Assembly: GCA_009914755.4 (NCBI GenBank)
Contig: CP068257.2
Span: forward strand, 13,408,001 to 13,472,000
Length of the DNA stretch: 64,000 bases
Origin: the human T2T-CHM13v2.0 reference genome, Homo sapiens
Direction of reading: 5' to 3'
Numbering within the stretch: position 1 is the stretch's first letter; the number at the start of each line of letters is the position of its first letter. The position numbers were made by a program, and so were the translations under genes. This document shows, piece after piece, positions 24,501-39,905 of this stretch. The notes beneath the pieces are model-generated. The model was not told the DNA's origin and searched no databases. It was given only the letters and a program-made list of their open reading frames with translations.

Positions 24501-26048
24501 AACTATCAAATGGTCTTCTAAATCAAAATTTTTCCATATTTTTTGTTTAGTCCTAGTTTCTGCTATCATTTGATGATAATAGAATCTTGTTTCATATGAT
24601 ATTGAATTTACACAAAACATGATCATTTTTCATTTACCACAGCAACATTTCAAGGTATTATAAAAAATTTTCCACAAATGTTACATTTCTTGAACAAATA
24701 TGAAAACCTTTGATTTTATTCATTCTTCTGGAAGCCTGCTGTCTTCCAGATACACAGATACACTAATGGTTCAAATACACGGATCTGTGCTATTTAATTG
24801 GCAAGTTACTTTGTCAGACTCCTCAGAAGAGTCCTTAGAAAATTCATACAGAGTGAATTGAAGATTGGGAATTTGAGACACTTCATAAGACAAAGGAGTC
24901 ATTTTTTGCCAGTCAGCCTTTTTCAAATTTCTTTAATTACATAATGTGAACAAGATATTCTAATTTCAGGACAGCCTTACCTGTGACCAACACTTTTTCC
25001 AGCTAATTTTTGGGGGAGTAGGTCAATCCTGCATCAAAGAATCAAATTTACAGCTTCTTTCTACCCAGGAAAGAGCTGATGCACTTAATTAATCTTTCCA
25101 GGAAGCCAGGCTGACGCTCATTATTTCAACGCGTTGTATGCTTAAAGCATGTATAATTTAATCCTGTTTGAAAGATAAGTGAAAGAGAATTGACATAAAA
25201 TAGCAAGAAAGCTCTGAAGTGAACTGAGCTATATAATTTGGGCATAAGCATTCTTAATATCACCTTTAAAAGAACTTGAAATATATTTGATGGTGGGAGA
25301 AATTTTAGTATAGATTTGAAAACTATCAAACAGCATCTGTTGCCTTCTCCATTTTGATTAAAACATGCTCACAGGGAAAATAGTGGTTTGTCTGTTAAGT
25401 CAAACACTAATGAAACATTTGCTAAAATAATCTCTTTAATTTGGACAACATTTGGCAATAAAGTGCACTCATTGGATCATTTGCCTGTATTCTGAGGCTT
25501 CCGAGTTAACTGAGCACAGCTAAGTCTAATATGGTAATGGGCTCTTTGTTAAAACCTGGACATATGCATTTCTCATGCTTGGTTGTGTTCTCCTCTGGTG
25601 AAGAGAGATAAGAAACGTTATTTTGATGGCATTAAAGGTTTCTCATTGACATATCTAAATACCATGAGCCTGAACTGTCTCATTTCATCATGTCTCATTT
25701 CTGTATATCTTTTGAATCAAAGGCACTATGGCCATAAGGCTCAGGTGAGGAATGAGGATTAGTGGTATTAGTCAAGTCACCAGAAACAGAGTTAGTAATT
25801 AATCTATAAAAACTGTAGAAATGCTTTTTGATTAGCCTATGGGAGTTCATGTGAAACATAATATTGCTGGCATGTGAAACAAAATAAATCCAGCAGGTAA
25901 TATCAGTAGAAAATAGAAATAACTTATCACGACATACTATTGTTTTATAGAAATTAGACTAAGTGTTTTCAAATTCAAATTGGTTCTTGTTTCTAAATTA
26001 CTGTTTTAAATTTTATGTACGTGTATGTTTGCAAATATATGTATACAA

Positions 26049-26072
26049 TACACACACACACACACACACACA
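26049..26072. repeat. (CA)n microsatellite, about 12 units
   Basis: Direct read. A degenerate (CA)n follows at about 26155-26175. Confidence 0.95.
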
Positions 26073-27089
26073 GCACTCTTGCACTCCACACACATAATGT
26101 GCTTCGTGTTAACATTTTCTACTCATAGTCAATTAGGCAAGTAACTAGTGGACATACACACACACAAACACAAAGTATACCTACAGCTTTGTCTTGCATC
26201 CTGCAAAACCAAAGCCTTAGTTGTCCATGTATACTTGGAAGAACTGACCTGAAATGCCCTTCCAGAAGACATATGTGTCTAGATCATTATGTTGCAACCC
26301 TTCGTTAGTTTTGAGTTTTTGCACTATTAAAAGAAGAGCAAAGTGATCACCTTTTTAGTCTCTTATTCCATTACCATAGCTCAAGATGGGCTTCCTTTTA
26401 TTCTTTGTCTATAAAAATATTCTTATCCACCTGGAGAGTCAGGCCAAATACCACTCTCTACATAAAACTTTTCTTCCGGTATAATATTTCTCTTATACTT
26501 CTTTGTTAGTATTTCATCCAGGCTTGAATATGGTCACATTTCCAGATGCCCTTTTCTCGGTTGGACTGTCAGGTCCTGGAAGGCAGGGACTTTTGACAAA
26601 TCTGGGAGCAGCTAAAGAGGCAGTGTCAGTAGAGGCGGCATTTGAGGCGCTGACCCATGACAGGAGGAGCACGGGCTACAGCCGAGGACACACTGCTAGC
26701 AGCCATAACGGTGGCAAGTGTTGAACAAGCAGAAAAGATGTAATAGTTGTGAAGTCAGAGGAGTAGTCAGCGACATTGGCCTGGGTCCTTCCGTGAGGAG
26801 CAGACTCGAATGCTAAAATACACTCCCATGCCTCTTCCCACAGCACTGCCACCACCTAGAATTAAATTTTTGACAGTAACAGCAATCGCGTGTTTTTAGG
26901 ATGTATTCTTTATTAGTAAACTTTATTATTTAATATTATTTCTCTGGGTAAATCCTTCCTCATCCCTAACACTGAATTCTAGGAAAATAGTCTCCCAGGA
27001 ATCTTCTTAGTTGAGGGTAAGGAACTCTAGCAGATTGCTATTAAACAAGTAACATGTAAGTGAATATCCTTACACATCAGTTCATTGTT

Positions 27090-27210
27090 AACAGACTATT
27101 TCTCTCCTTTTAACCAAGTATTCTCAGTGATTAGCACAGTTCCGACCACACATATAGGTGTCAATAAATATTTAAATGAGTGACTAACAATAAATAGTAT
27201 TTACTTGGGG
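27090..27210 (+). mobile_element. MIR SINE fragment
   Basis: ttagcacagttccgaccacacatataggtgtcaataaatatttaaatgagtgactaacaataaatag matches the MIR 3' core ttagaacagtgcctggcacatagtaagcgctcaataaatgttggttatta. Confidence 0.75.
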
Positions 27211-30200
27211 CTTATGCATGTTGACATGGTACAAAATACTTTACAGATATTGTGTCATTTAATAGTACTGTTATTCCTATCTGATAGATAAGTAAACTGG
27301 ACCTTGAGAGTGTAAATAATTTGTTCTAAGTTGCATAGTTAGTAGGTGGGAAAATTAGGATTTGAACCAAAGAAACCTACATGCAGTGCCATAACTCTTA
27401 ACCTGTATACTACATTATCTCCCAATACTGAAAACATGCAGGAATGAATGACTGAATGTCCCATACTTGATAAGAGACAATCATTCTCTGAGTTAATTGT
27501 GCATCAAGAATAAAAAACTAATTAGGAGTACAAAGATGCAGGGCACTGCCCATTCTTATAAACAATTTGTTTTGGTAACAGTAACTAATTTTTACTTATT
27601 TTTGTACTTGGGATGGAATGCGCTATCAATTTTTTAAACATTATTTTTAAACCTATCTACATGATAAAAAGAAACTTAAGATGACAACTATTTCAGCAAA
27701 GAATGATAAGTGAAGCACCAGATGCTACATATTTTCAACTGCAAAAATATCATGGGAAGCCAGCTGTATCTTCTAAAATTTCATGATGTCATTGTATGGC
27801 TTCAGGATCTATTTAGCTGCTTTATAATCTTATTAGCTTATCTCTGCTTCCAGTCATGCACTAGGCCTTAATTGCATAGGTTTGTTTATAATATTGTTAG
27901 TGTTCTGGTATCATATTTCAAGCAAGAAGCATCTTGCTTACAGGCTAGTGCACAAAAACTTGCCACCCTGAGCAAAACCTAGTGATCCATTGCAAACTGA
28001 TATCACTGTCCCATTTTTCTGAAGAGGTCATCGTTTCCTGGCATTGAGCTATCATGCTAGTGACTCAGAGTTTTTTATTTTATTCAACTTTTCCCAAAAG
28101 TTCGAGTCTAGGATGATGATTTCAAAGTGTGATGGAAGCGAAGTGTTTCAGTTCAGTGAGTTTCAATGTCACAGTGAAATTTACCACGTTTTCCAGGAAT
28201 CAGTTACACTGCCAGGTCGAGAGAGATTTCAATTATATTAGGGATGGAAATAATTTTGGATTTCTTACAGTTCTACTCTTAATTTCACTGTCCCATCTTT
28301 TTGCCCCCCAAATTTATTCATCATTTTATTGTCTCCAATCTACATTCTTTTACAGGTTAATATTTTCTCGTTACAGAATTTTAGATAAGCTATTGTCAGA
28401 TATTTTCTTGGAGATCTCATACAAATAATTGAGTTGTACCACTTTCAAAAGTTTCAAAAGTGGAACCACTGGCATTTCCTGCCCAATAAGAGAGGATGCT
28501 CCTCATGGCCCTACCAGAACTAACTTGGGTCTTCATAGAGAATGGGTGGCAAATTATCTCCATAAGACACTAGCTCTACCTATATCTACTGGTTAGTTGG
28601 GCAAAAATGAGACCATCTTTCTTTCCCTCATTGCCTTCTGTGAGTAAAACCTATTAATTAAGACTCTTCTATGTACAACCAAACAATTCAAACTGGTCTG
28701 GATGTTTGGGGAATGGGAATTGAACTGATTTGCTTCCTTAAGTGAGAAGTCCAGGAGTTTCAGGGATGGCTTCAGGTGGGGCTGGTGTAGGCAAGAGCTC
28801 CAGCAGTGCCCTGGTTTTGCTTCTTCTCAGTCCTCTTGGTGGTAGACTTAGCTCTCCACCCTTGGTATGTTAGCATCATTCTCAGCTTCATTCACAGAGA
28901 CAAGTGGCAGGAATCTCCAGCCTTTAAATTCCCCAAATTCCTAGACCAGCAGAAAAGGACAAATGATATTCCTCATAAGGACAATATAAAATTTCCCCAA
29001 AATCAATGTCACTGGCTTTGATTGGCCTGACTTGGCCATGAGCTCACTGGGAAGCAATTACTGTGGCCAGGAAAGTGTGATGCTCTGATTGGCCAGTTCT
29101 GGATTACAGGCCATCCCTGGAGTCATGGTAGTGTTTTCTCCACAGGGGCCATGAGAACCGAAACTGGAGGAGCCAGTTCCCAAATAGATCAGCTAGATAC
29201 AGTTATGAGAATAGGATGAATGGATAGTGGCAACTACTAAACAGCACCATTTCAGTTATTCATCCTACTTATTCACACGTTTGGATATTTTCTCTTTCTC
29301 TTTCTAGTTCTTTTAACAAGCATATTAAACACTCGGTCTCTGTTTTTCTTTGGGCCTGTTTGCTTTGAAGCTGTCATCTTACATCTGGCTTTTTTATATT
29401 TACTCTTGGGTCATGCCTACATTTTGCTTTGTCCTTTTTACATATTATTAAATTTTGTTATCATTGTTTTCTTTGGTTACTGTCCTGAAACATCTAATTT
29501 CAACATCTGCTAATGTATTCATTTCTTCATATTATGTTGCCTGGATTTGGGGATAAATATTGAAAAGTTGAATGAGTGGCCAGTTAGCATCTAAGTACCC
29601 CTTTACGCAGACAATATTATTTTTTTGATAGCAAAGGAGAAAAGTCAGTGTTTTGTAGTAAGTAGAGGGCACAGATGTGAAAGAATTAGGAATGAAAAGA
29701 AAAAAATAAATTAAAAATATTGAAACATCTTAATTACTCTACTCAACCTTTTCTTCATAAAACCTTTTTATTTGTGCAATTAATAACCAATAAATGTATT
29801 TGAATTTTGCCTCCTCTTTATGACCATGCCCACTGGAGCTGTTACTGAGTAGGAAAATGATTAAGAGGCAGGTGGCAGAGGAGCGAAGGATGTGAATCAA
29901 AGAGGCTAGATAATGCACAAGCTCAATAGTGAGCGCTAAATAATTGATACACAGGTGTATACAATACACAGACAGGACACTGATACACATGGAAAAACAC
30001 TATTGTTACTAATAGTCTCAGGTTAGCAGCTGCCTTTCACCAATAATGACTCTTTATAATCAATTCTTACAATAATACAGTCCATGTTTTTGAGCCAGCA
30101 GATTCTAAAATAACTTCTTCTGGAAGCCTTTGGATATATATTTTTCACTTGATAAAATAGCCATTAGACAACAATAGAATGGATACTAAAATCTGTCATG

Positions 30201-31651
30201 TATTTACTTCAACAAAACCATCATATATACCTATTGTTAGTAGAATGCAGTTTTTGAAACCCATAATGTCTGCATATGGTGCTACATTCAAGAGACAGAC
30301 AAGGCATACAGGGAAGGTAAGTCTTTCTCTGTCCTTCAGTTACCCAGTTCTCCTTTCCAGAAAATTGCTGTTACCTGTTTCTTATGTATCCTACTACAGA
30401 CAATGTTAGCATTTGCAAACATGTGTACCTCTACAAACATAAATGAATTTTTATATACATACCTAGTAACACATTATTAAGCACCTTACTTTTTCACTTA
30501 TTAACATATGTCAGAAATCTCTAATGGTTAAATTACAAACAAGGATGTTGAGGACCAGGTTTCTAATATAAATTCTGACATTTTGAAGAGTCGTATTGTA
30601 ATTGCTATGATGGTAGGCATAAAATAAGCCAAAACACCCCCTTGGCCCCCGGAATAAACATATGAAAAGAAATGTAAATTCAAATTCAAATGAGAAAATC
30701 ATTGCTACCTATCAAATAAGCAAATGATAACAACAATGAAATAGTTGTTATTTCAATATAAAATCGATAATGCCTATGGCCAATTGCTGAAGCCAGAAAC
30801 CTCAGCATCATTTCTGATTTCTTTCTCTGCTTCATCCACATTTAATCTTTCACTAAGGCCTCCCATGTCATCCTCTAAAGTATACGTATTAAATTTCTCC
30901 GGAGGACATAGCTGAGTTGCACTCGGAAACTGTAAGATAATAATATTTGCTGTTTTAACCCACCATGCTTTGAGCTAATTTGTTTCACTATGATATGTAA
31001 CCAATACACCTTTAATAGCACCTTGTTTTTTTTAGTTATGGTACTTTTTAAACTCTGTCATTGATTGTTGTGATATTTATTATCTCGTTTATAAATGCAT
31101 ACGCCAGAGAGTAAGAATCTTGTGTATTTGGTCCCCAAAATACCTGTGACATTTATTATAGTCCTGAAATTCAGTTGTTGAATAAAAGAATAAATAAATG
31201 AATTGATATTCTGGATTTACTGCCTATGGGAAAATGTAAACTGGTGTAAGCTCATTGTCTGTAAGTGAGTTTATCACTTTTGTATCAAAGATCTTAACTT
31301 TGCCAACTCTTTGACCCAGCAATTTCATTGTTAGAAACTTATCCTGGAATATGAAAATTTAGCTAGAATAAAGTTTATTGTAACTGTGTTTATAATAGCA
31401 GAATAGTGTAAACAATGCGTCCCACAATAGAGTATTCAATTACGGCGCATCCTATGTATCCATGAAAAATAATGGTATAGAAAAATATTCATTAACACAG
31501 AGCATATTCACTATATGTGGCTGAGTGGTGCAAGCAAGTTACAAATCAGAAATATAACAATAGGTCCTGTTTACTGACTGTTTAGTGTATGCCATTCACT
31601 GTGATACACACCTTACATGTGTGATGTCATATGTATAGCATATCCAGAGGG

Positions 31652-31677
31652 GTGTGTGTGTGTGTGTGTGTGTGTGT
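31652..31677. repeat. (TG)n microsatellite, about 13 units
   Basis: Direct read. Confidence 0.95.
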
Positions 31678-32125
31678 AGATTCAAAGGCATCAGATAGCT
31701 GCTTTTTCCAAACACTGATCTACATACTTGGAATATGTATATAGAAGGTTATGTCACTAAAATGCTTACAGTGATTATCTCCAAAAGGAAAGGTGGGATT
31801 TGTATTTTGCTTTTTGTTTCTTTCCCTCATTTTTCTACGGTGAGAAGGAACCTCAGGCCAAAATGGAGAGTTGCCAAATGATAAGGGTTACAGATACCAA
31901 ACCTAGAAAAAGGAGCCAGAGAGACAAAGAGCAGAACAGTAGACCAGGGGTTGGGCAGGAATCCAGGACATGCCTAGAATAAGGAGCTATTGTTAATGGT
32001 TCTGCTGGGATATGCTGCCACTTCTCTAAGATAATAGGGATCCTGTAAAGTCTGGGAAAGATTCTGGGTAGTACCTCTGCTGGGCACTGACATAATTAGG
32101 CATTTATGTGCTGCTCAAACTGAAT

Positions 32126-32268
32126 GGTCTCAGTCAGCTGCAGTATGGCCTGGCTGGAGAGAAGGTTGCCAGGTCAGAGGAGCTTTTAAAGAGGTGTCTG
32201 TTCTACTGAGCCCTGCTGGTTTGTGTGATCTGGTATCTTCTTGGTGCTGACTGCTCAGGACTGAGACC
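32126..32268. mobile_element. MITE-like non-autonomous DNA-transposon fossil, copy 1 (has terminal inverted repeats)
   Basis: Starts ggtctcagtcagctg and ends cagtcagc... sorry, ends ...ctgactgctcaggactgagacc. The outer 10 bp are perfectly inverse-complementary (ggtctcagtc / gactgagacc). A homologous copy with about 80% identity lies 2.7 kb downstream in the same orientation. Confidence 0.5.
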
Positions 32269-34803
32269 TTCTGCAGGTTGAAGCATTTGAAGAACATAGT
32301 CCATTTCACCTATGTATTCTGGTTGGTTTGGCTCTCCTAGTCTGCAGTGTTTAGATGCCTTGTCATCACTTGCCTGAAGACCTGACTGAAATTTGGAATC
32401 GATTGCCAGAATTGTCTATTCCTTGAGCAGTATTGATTTCAAGTGAAACAAAGTTTCTAGAGATATGGGCATGGAGATTTTGTTTGCTAGGATGCTCTTT
32501 AAGTATCAGCTTCAATGGTGATATCAACATAAGAATCAGAATTTTCAACTGTTAGGATGCTATAGGTTCATTCATGGACCAGATTACTCATTTTAATTCC
32601 TGAGATCTTTACTGGGGTGGTCAGAGTGAAAAAGTACGGCATGAACCACTGTACGCAGAAAATCATAGAAATTGTTAAACATCCTTGATCATCCTTCCTT
32701 TCCATGATACTTGTGTTTCTAGAAATTGCACCTCAAAACTTAGTATGTTTTATTGGCATTAGTGCAGAGATTGTATATTCATATTATGTTTAGAACTGTC
32801 CTGATGTTTAGAATTGACGAAATGAGCTCATGTGTATCAAGAAGATGTCAACATTTATGATTCTGTTTGGTTCAGAATCTGTAGAATCACCTCTTGGGAC
32901 ACTTAATGGAATTATAGTGCATTCAAAAGTTTGGAAAACTGTTGTCAATTTGCCGTGCTCTCATATCAAATGTTTAGCCTGCAAAGACTCAAAAGTCAGA
33001 TGGAGTCAGATGATCCCAACCTCTATAAAGATAATCCTGGTATAGGTGACGATCCTCAAAAGAGGATCTCATAATGGTTTGGCAGACATGGAAAACAAAC
33101 AGATTTTTCCGCTCTTTTTCAAAAGGGGTACCATGGGGCCTAATGAGTTTTCAATACAGAATATGTCTCTATATAATCTTGAGTACCTAGAAAGTGAAGA
33201 TACTTGCTGAACAGGCACTTGTATATGGGCAAAAGAACCTGCACAGAGTTGTCCTGATTCCCAGTTTGTGTTACCAGGTTTTCCACCTTGGAGTCCCCAA
33301 GATATTGCCTATCACATGGGAATGGATTGGTTTTGGAGCAGTTGCTAGGTCTACTGGATCAGTGTTTGGCAAAAGCAGTTATCTGATGCCTTTCAATCTA
33401 TCAAGGATCAGAATAGGATGCAACTCCACTCCACCTTTAATTCCATAGGGTGCAGAACATTTGCCTCCCCCCACCACACCCCCATCCAGAATATAAACAA
33501 AGCCTAGCCTGCTCTCTTCTTCAGCGGGCTGGGTGGCTGTTAGATTGGGCCCCTGCATACAAAGATGCCCATGATCATAGTTTTACCCCTTCTACCTTAG
33601 ACATTGCATGCAGCCAGCACTCTTTAACCTTTCAATTTTGTTATCTAGAGCCACAGTCCTTAGGTACCAGGCATAAAGACTGGCTATGACCTCAGGTATC
33701 TTGGAAGGCTGGGGAGAGGGTAGGTCAGCAATGTTCAGTGGTTGTGGACAGAATGGGTGATGATGCTCACACAGGATTGGCAGAGATGTTTAATCCAATT
33801 GTTAATTTAAGTATTATTTATGTCAACAACGGGTTGCTAGGTAAGCATTCGGTACAAGTTCTTCAACCATTTCAGGAGATAATACCACTCAGAGTAAATT
33901 GCATTTAAGGACAAAAGAGCAGGTCAACAGACCCCCTGAATTATATATTTTAATCTGAGCTCAAACTGGAAGCAAAAAATCATCTGTAAGTACAAGTGTT
34001 TATTTTCATAAATGTATTTTTTCATAAAACACATTAGTAGCTAAAAGCTAACAGTTTACTTATAAAGCTATTAAAAGTTAAATAACTTTTCTAAGAAAAT
34101 TAGTGCATCAGAAATAGACCTGAAACTAAACCCCCAAATATCCAATATTGAGTCTTTTACCTGGCTAGATTATTGACCATCATACAGCTTAAATTTATCT
34201 TATTGATCGAGTAAGATAAAAGGAGATGAAATTTCCTGGAAAAAGGATGACTATTTCTTTAGTATCAATATTTTTATTTGACATCTGTCAAGTCAAACCC
34301 ATACTTGTTTTTAGTCATTCTAAGTTATTAAAAACTATTGTTTTATGCTATCATTTTGGAAGGCAAAACCATCGATCTTTCTGGAAAAATTACAATTAGG
34401 CATGTTTGATCACCCTTTTCCATGACCCAGCTCTATCCATCTTGGAGGTAAAAAAAAAAAAAAAAAAAAGCTATAGAAAAGATGTAGGTCATTATTAAGA
34501 AAAATGGTTCTTCAAAGCTCTATTGATTGCCAAAAAAACTATTACTGTGAAAAGAGAAATCTTCAACTACTCCTAAAATAATTGGCTGGACATATGTTAT
34601 ATGTGACCCAATGGCACAAAAAAGAATTTCATTTAATCAACAAAATAGATCTTTCACATAAAAGTTGGCCTCTCATAATGACATACAATAATCACCAATT
34701 TTATAGTGGGCTCCAATATTAAAGAAGCCCTTCTGAAAGCAATTGACTTTAAAGTGGTCTCTGTTTTAACATCATGAGATTCACCTACTGTCCAAACTAA
34801 ATT

Positions 34804-34945
34804 GTCTCGGTCAGTTGCACTGTGGACTGGGTGGCCAGAAAGTCCCCAGGTTAGAAGATCTTTCAGAGAGGTGTCTATTCCAATAAGCCCTGTTGGTTTA
34901 TGTGATTGTGGCATCTGCTTGGTGCCGAGTGCCCAGGATTTCATA
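34804..34945. mobile_element. MITE-like repeat, copy 2 (homologous to 32126-32268)
   Basis: gtctcggtcagttgcactgtggactgggtggccagaaagtccccaggttagaagatctttcagagaggtgtctattccaataagccctgttggtttatgtgattgtggcatctgcttggtgccgagtgcccagga aligns block-for-block with copy 1 (...gaggtgtctgttctactgagccctgctggtttgtgtgatctggtatcttcttggtgctgactgctcagga). Confidence 0.5.
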
Positions 34946-36178
34946 TGCAAATTGAACAAAATAGATAGCCACCCACAATTTTTTAAATGGATTTTTTTTT
35001 TTTTTAAAGAGTAGATTGGGATTTAGAAATTATTGGCCACAATCTGAGAAGGCCACTTTTTTTACCCTGGGTTTTTTAATCTAGAAAAATGAGGAGGGAA
35101 TTGAATTAATAATGTCTAATTCCTTTCTTACCTCTAAGATGCTGTGATTTTGTTAATGCATATTAATGCTTGTTAATATGTTACTGATGACAATAGTTCA
35201 TGTGTGTTCATCTGTTGAGGCATTTTCTTTCTCATCCAAGGTGAGATAACTTTTATCATGACTTTCAGCCTGTTTCATTTTATGAATAACTATTTTGACT
35301 CAGTTTTGGCTAATGTAATCTTTCACTTAAAGTTGGCAGAAATGAAAATTTTGTGAACAAAAATTATTTCAATGTCAATAAAAGTAAAATAATGTAGGGC
35401 AATAGTTTTTCCCTTATTTACAAGAAATTTTTGAAGACATGGCATTTGTGACCCAGCTGAGAATTCTCCTGGTTTATGTAGTGAGGGAGGGAAGAGAGGA
35501 GAGATGCTATTTGCTCGGAAGTAATTAGCAATCTGCAACCACTCATCAGTGAAGAAATGAAACTAAAGCCACCTGTCAAAATTAGAACTATAAAAATACA
35601 TTAACTACCACAAAGTATTATAAACAAATAGCCAGTTTAAAATAAAGTAGTTGCTATATTGAAAAATCAGGATTGTCTATTATTGTTCCCAAGCATATTT
35701 AAATAGGTATTACACAAGTATTCCCTTGATTTTCTCATTATCTTCACCCTGAAATTGATTCTGTGTCTATAGGTGGCTACTGGTTCAATTACTTTTAGTC
35801 AAATCTCTTTTTATGCCATCTTGATCATTCAGTCATGACCAGCTAATCACATTGGTAACTTATTCAACATGAATGACTCAGTGAAAAGACCACAAAATCT
35901 CAAAGTCAGCTGTTTTCCCCATGGGTCTTCCTTCATATAAACACAGGACAAAGGTACGCTTTACATCCATTCATTTTAAATTACCAAAATGTCTCTGGTT
36001 TTCATGACTGCAGACTATAGAGTACAGATTTCAGGTAAGCTAGTTTTCTCTCAGATTGCCAAAGAAATGCAAAATTGCCTTTACTATTAAATTACATTTA
36101 ACCATTCAATCTATCTGTAACTTCATTTCTTTCTTACATACACATGTTTAAAGTTATTTAAAGTAATATCTGCACAAC

Positions 36179-36519
36179 TGATATGGTTTGGCTGTGTCCT
36201 CACCCAAATCTCATCTTGAATTGTAGTTCCCATAATCCTCACGTGTCATGGTTTCGCCCATGCTGTTCTCATGATAGTGAGTGAGTTCTCACGAGATCTG
36301 ATGGCTTTATAAGTGTCTGGCATTTCCCATGCTGGCACGCACTCTCTCCTGTCACCTTGAGAAGAAGGTTCCTGCTTCTGCTTTGCCTTCCGCCATGATT
36401 GTAAGTTTTCTGAGGCCTCCCCAGCCATGCAGAACAGTGAGTAAATTAAATCTCTTTTCTTTATAAATTACTCAGTCTCAGGTATTCCTTTATTGCAGCA
36501 TGAGAACAGACTAATACAA
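36179..36519 (+). mobile_element. solo MaLR LTR (THE1/MST-type) with intact 5-bp target-site duplication
   Basis: tgatatggtttggctgtgtcctcacccaaatctcatcttgaattgtagttcccataatcctcacgtg ... tttataaattactcagtctcaggtattcctttattgcagcatgagaacagactaataca matches the THE1/MST LTR consensus end to end, with an internal deletion of about 45 bp. It is flanked by ACAAC on both sides (cacaac|tgatatgg ... taataca|acaac). Confidence 0.9.
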
Positions 36520-36630
36520 CAACTGTATACAAATTTTGGGAAAAATTAAAAAAAAACAAAATTTACATGTAATCATAAAATAACCATTAATATTTTACTT
36601 TGTTTTTTATCCTAACCTTTTTCTAACACA

Positions 36631-36952
<322 letters not shown>

Positions 36953-37619
36953 CTATCGCATTTCTCTATGCATGTTTATCTGTTTGCACACATGGATATG
37001 TATGTGCATGTATATGCATTGTATTACGAATATAGTTTATTATTTTTCTTTTACTCCTTTAAAAAAATTTCAATACAGTGTCATGGGCGTGTCCCTATAT
37101 TTATTAAGTAGTCTTCAAAAATCTAATTATATAGTCTGTAATATCATCAAAGTATTCACGATATTTTTAACGTATTTATTATCGAATATTAGCATTTCCA
37201 TTTAGAATTCACATCATTTTTGAAGACTGCTCCAGAGTTACATATCTGATAATTCTGCAGCCATAACCAAATATTTACATCCTAATCTTCATATTTATTA
37301 TATTTAATGGCTCTATTGTCTCCTTAATTGTAGTCATCTGGCCAGGACCAGAGTGAGAGGACTTTCTAATGTCATTTCATTTTGATGACTCTATATATCA
37401 GTAAGAAAACAACTCTTCTTTCCAAGCAAAACGTTCTTTTCTCTTTAGTGCCCAACAAAGAATCTTCAATCTGCGTATACTATACAAGAGAGAAGTAAGT
37501 GGATTGACCCATAAAAGGAAAAAAGAATTAGCATTTTCCTTTACTGTTACCTGGTTTATAGAACATTAAAACATCTGCCAAAGGCTATGATAGTTTAGTC
37601 TATTTTAATATGGAAGCAG

Positions 37620-37640
37620 TATATATATATATATATATAT
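37620..37640. repeat. (TA)n microsatellite
   Basis: Direct read. Confidence 0.9.
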
Positions 37641-37992
37641 GGTTTTGTCTTTTTCTGCATTAGAAAAATGAAATGTGGTGGTTCTTTTCTGGGACTGTTG
37701 TTGGAAGTTTAATCCCTCCCTCCCCTCAAGAGAAGGAAAACGCAATTTCTCAGTTTCTTATGATCTGGTATCAAGTTTAATGAATCATCAGGTTACATTA
37801 CACAAGGGTTGGGAAGACATGGGAAGATGGGAGTTTTACACACCATTGGAAGAATATAAATTGGTACAACAGCTTTGGAAGTTAATGATGTCTATTCAAG
37901 TTAAAGGTATACATTCTTTATAACCATCAATCCTATTCTCAGTCAGGTACAAAAGGAGCCAAATATATTAATGGTGTTCATCTCAGCATTGT

Positions 37993-38115
37993 ATAATAAA
38001 TAATAGCAAATAATAAAAAAATTATTGCAAATAATAAATAAGAAATACAATAAAAATAGCAAATAACAAATAACAAAAAATTGAAAAAATAGCAAAAAAT
38101 AAATAATAGCAAAAT
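37993..38115. repeat. A-rich cryptic minisatellite (about 12-bp unit, aatagcaaataa / aataataaataa)
   Basis: Repeated aatagcaaataa / caaataacaaataacaaaaaa motifs. Very low complexity. Confidence 0.7.
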
Positions 38116-38799
38116 TTGGAGAACCTAAGTAACTACAAATGAGAGAATAGACTAATTATGATGTGTTTGTATAATAGAATTCCATACAGCAGTTACAAGG
38201 TATAAACTAGATGTGTAGGCAACAATATGGACAAAACTAAAAAGTCATGATGAATGATAACGGTAAATTGCAGAAGTATATATGCACAATGATTCCATTC
38301 ATGTAATGTTTAAAAACAATATCACTTCTGGATTATGGTTATCCCTGAGGAGGTGGGGAGGGAAGCACAGAGGGATGGGAATAGAATGAGGGATGATATA
38401 AAGAGGTGTCAATAATATCTCTAACATTCTAGTTCTTAGAAAGAATACAATTTCAGAAGCACATTTGGCAAAATACTAACATTTGTTATATCTGGGTGGT
38501 GGGTAAACAAATATGTGTTATATTCATCTCTGTAGTTTTCTGTATGTTTGAAATGTTTTATGATTTTAAAATGCTTAAATATTATTTAAAAGTTCTACTG
38601 TAAATGTCAGGGAGAAGAGCTTAAGCATTTGTTTTGGGGTGCCAGGGGGGAAGGTAGGAAGGTGGAAATTGAGAAAACTTGGGAAATGGTGGGGAAAAGC
38701 TTTACTGTCTGTCACAGGAAATTGGCATCTCTTCAGGAATGGAGAGTACGTATGTACTGACACTTTCATTTGTCAAAAGCCAGGTGTGAATGGCACGGA

Positions 38800-39905
<1,106 letters not shown>

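Noticed and set aside
26540-26900. Possible NUMT or processed-pseudogene fragment, considered as an explanation for the CpG-retaining patch.
   Set aside because: There is no poly(A) tail or target-site duplication, and no recognisable similarity to mitochondrial or any mRNA sequence that I can recall. It is left as an unexplained CpG-retaining patch (see findings).
29040-29170. Possible additional dispersed repeat (ggccatgag... repeated motifs, ccaatcagagcatcacac in reverse).
   Set aside because: The similarity to other parts of the window was too short and patchy to call by eye. RepeatMasker is needed.
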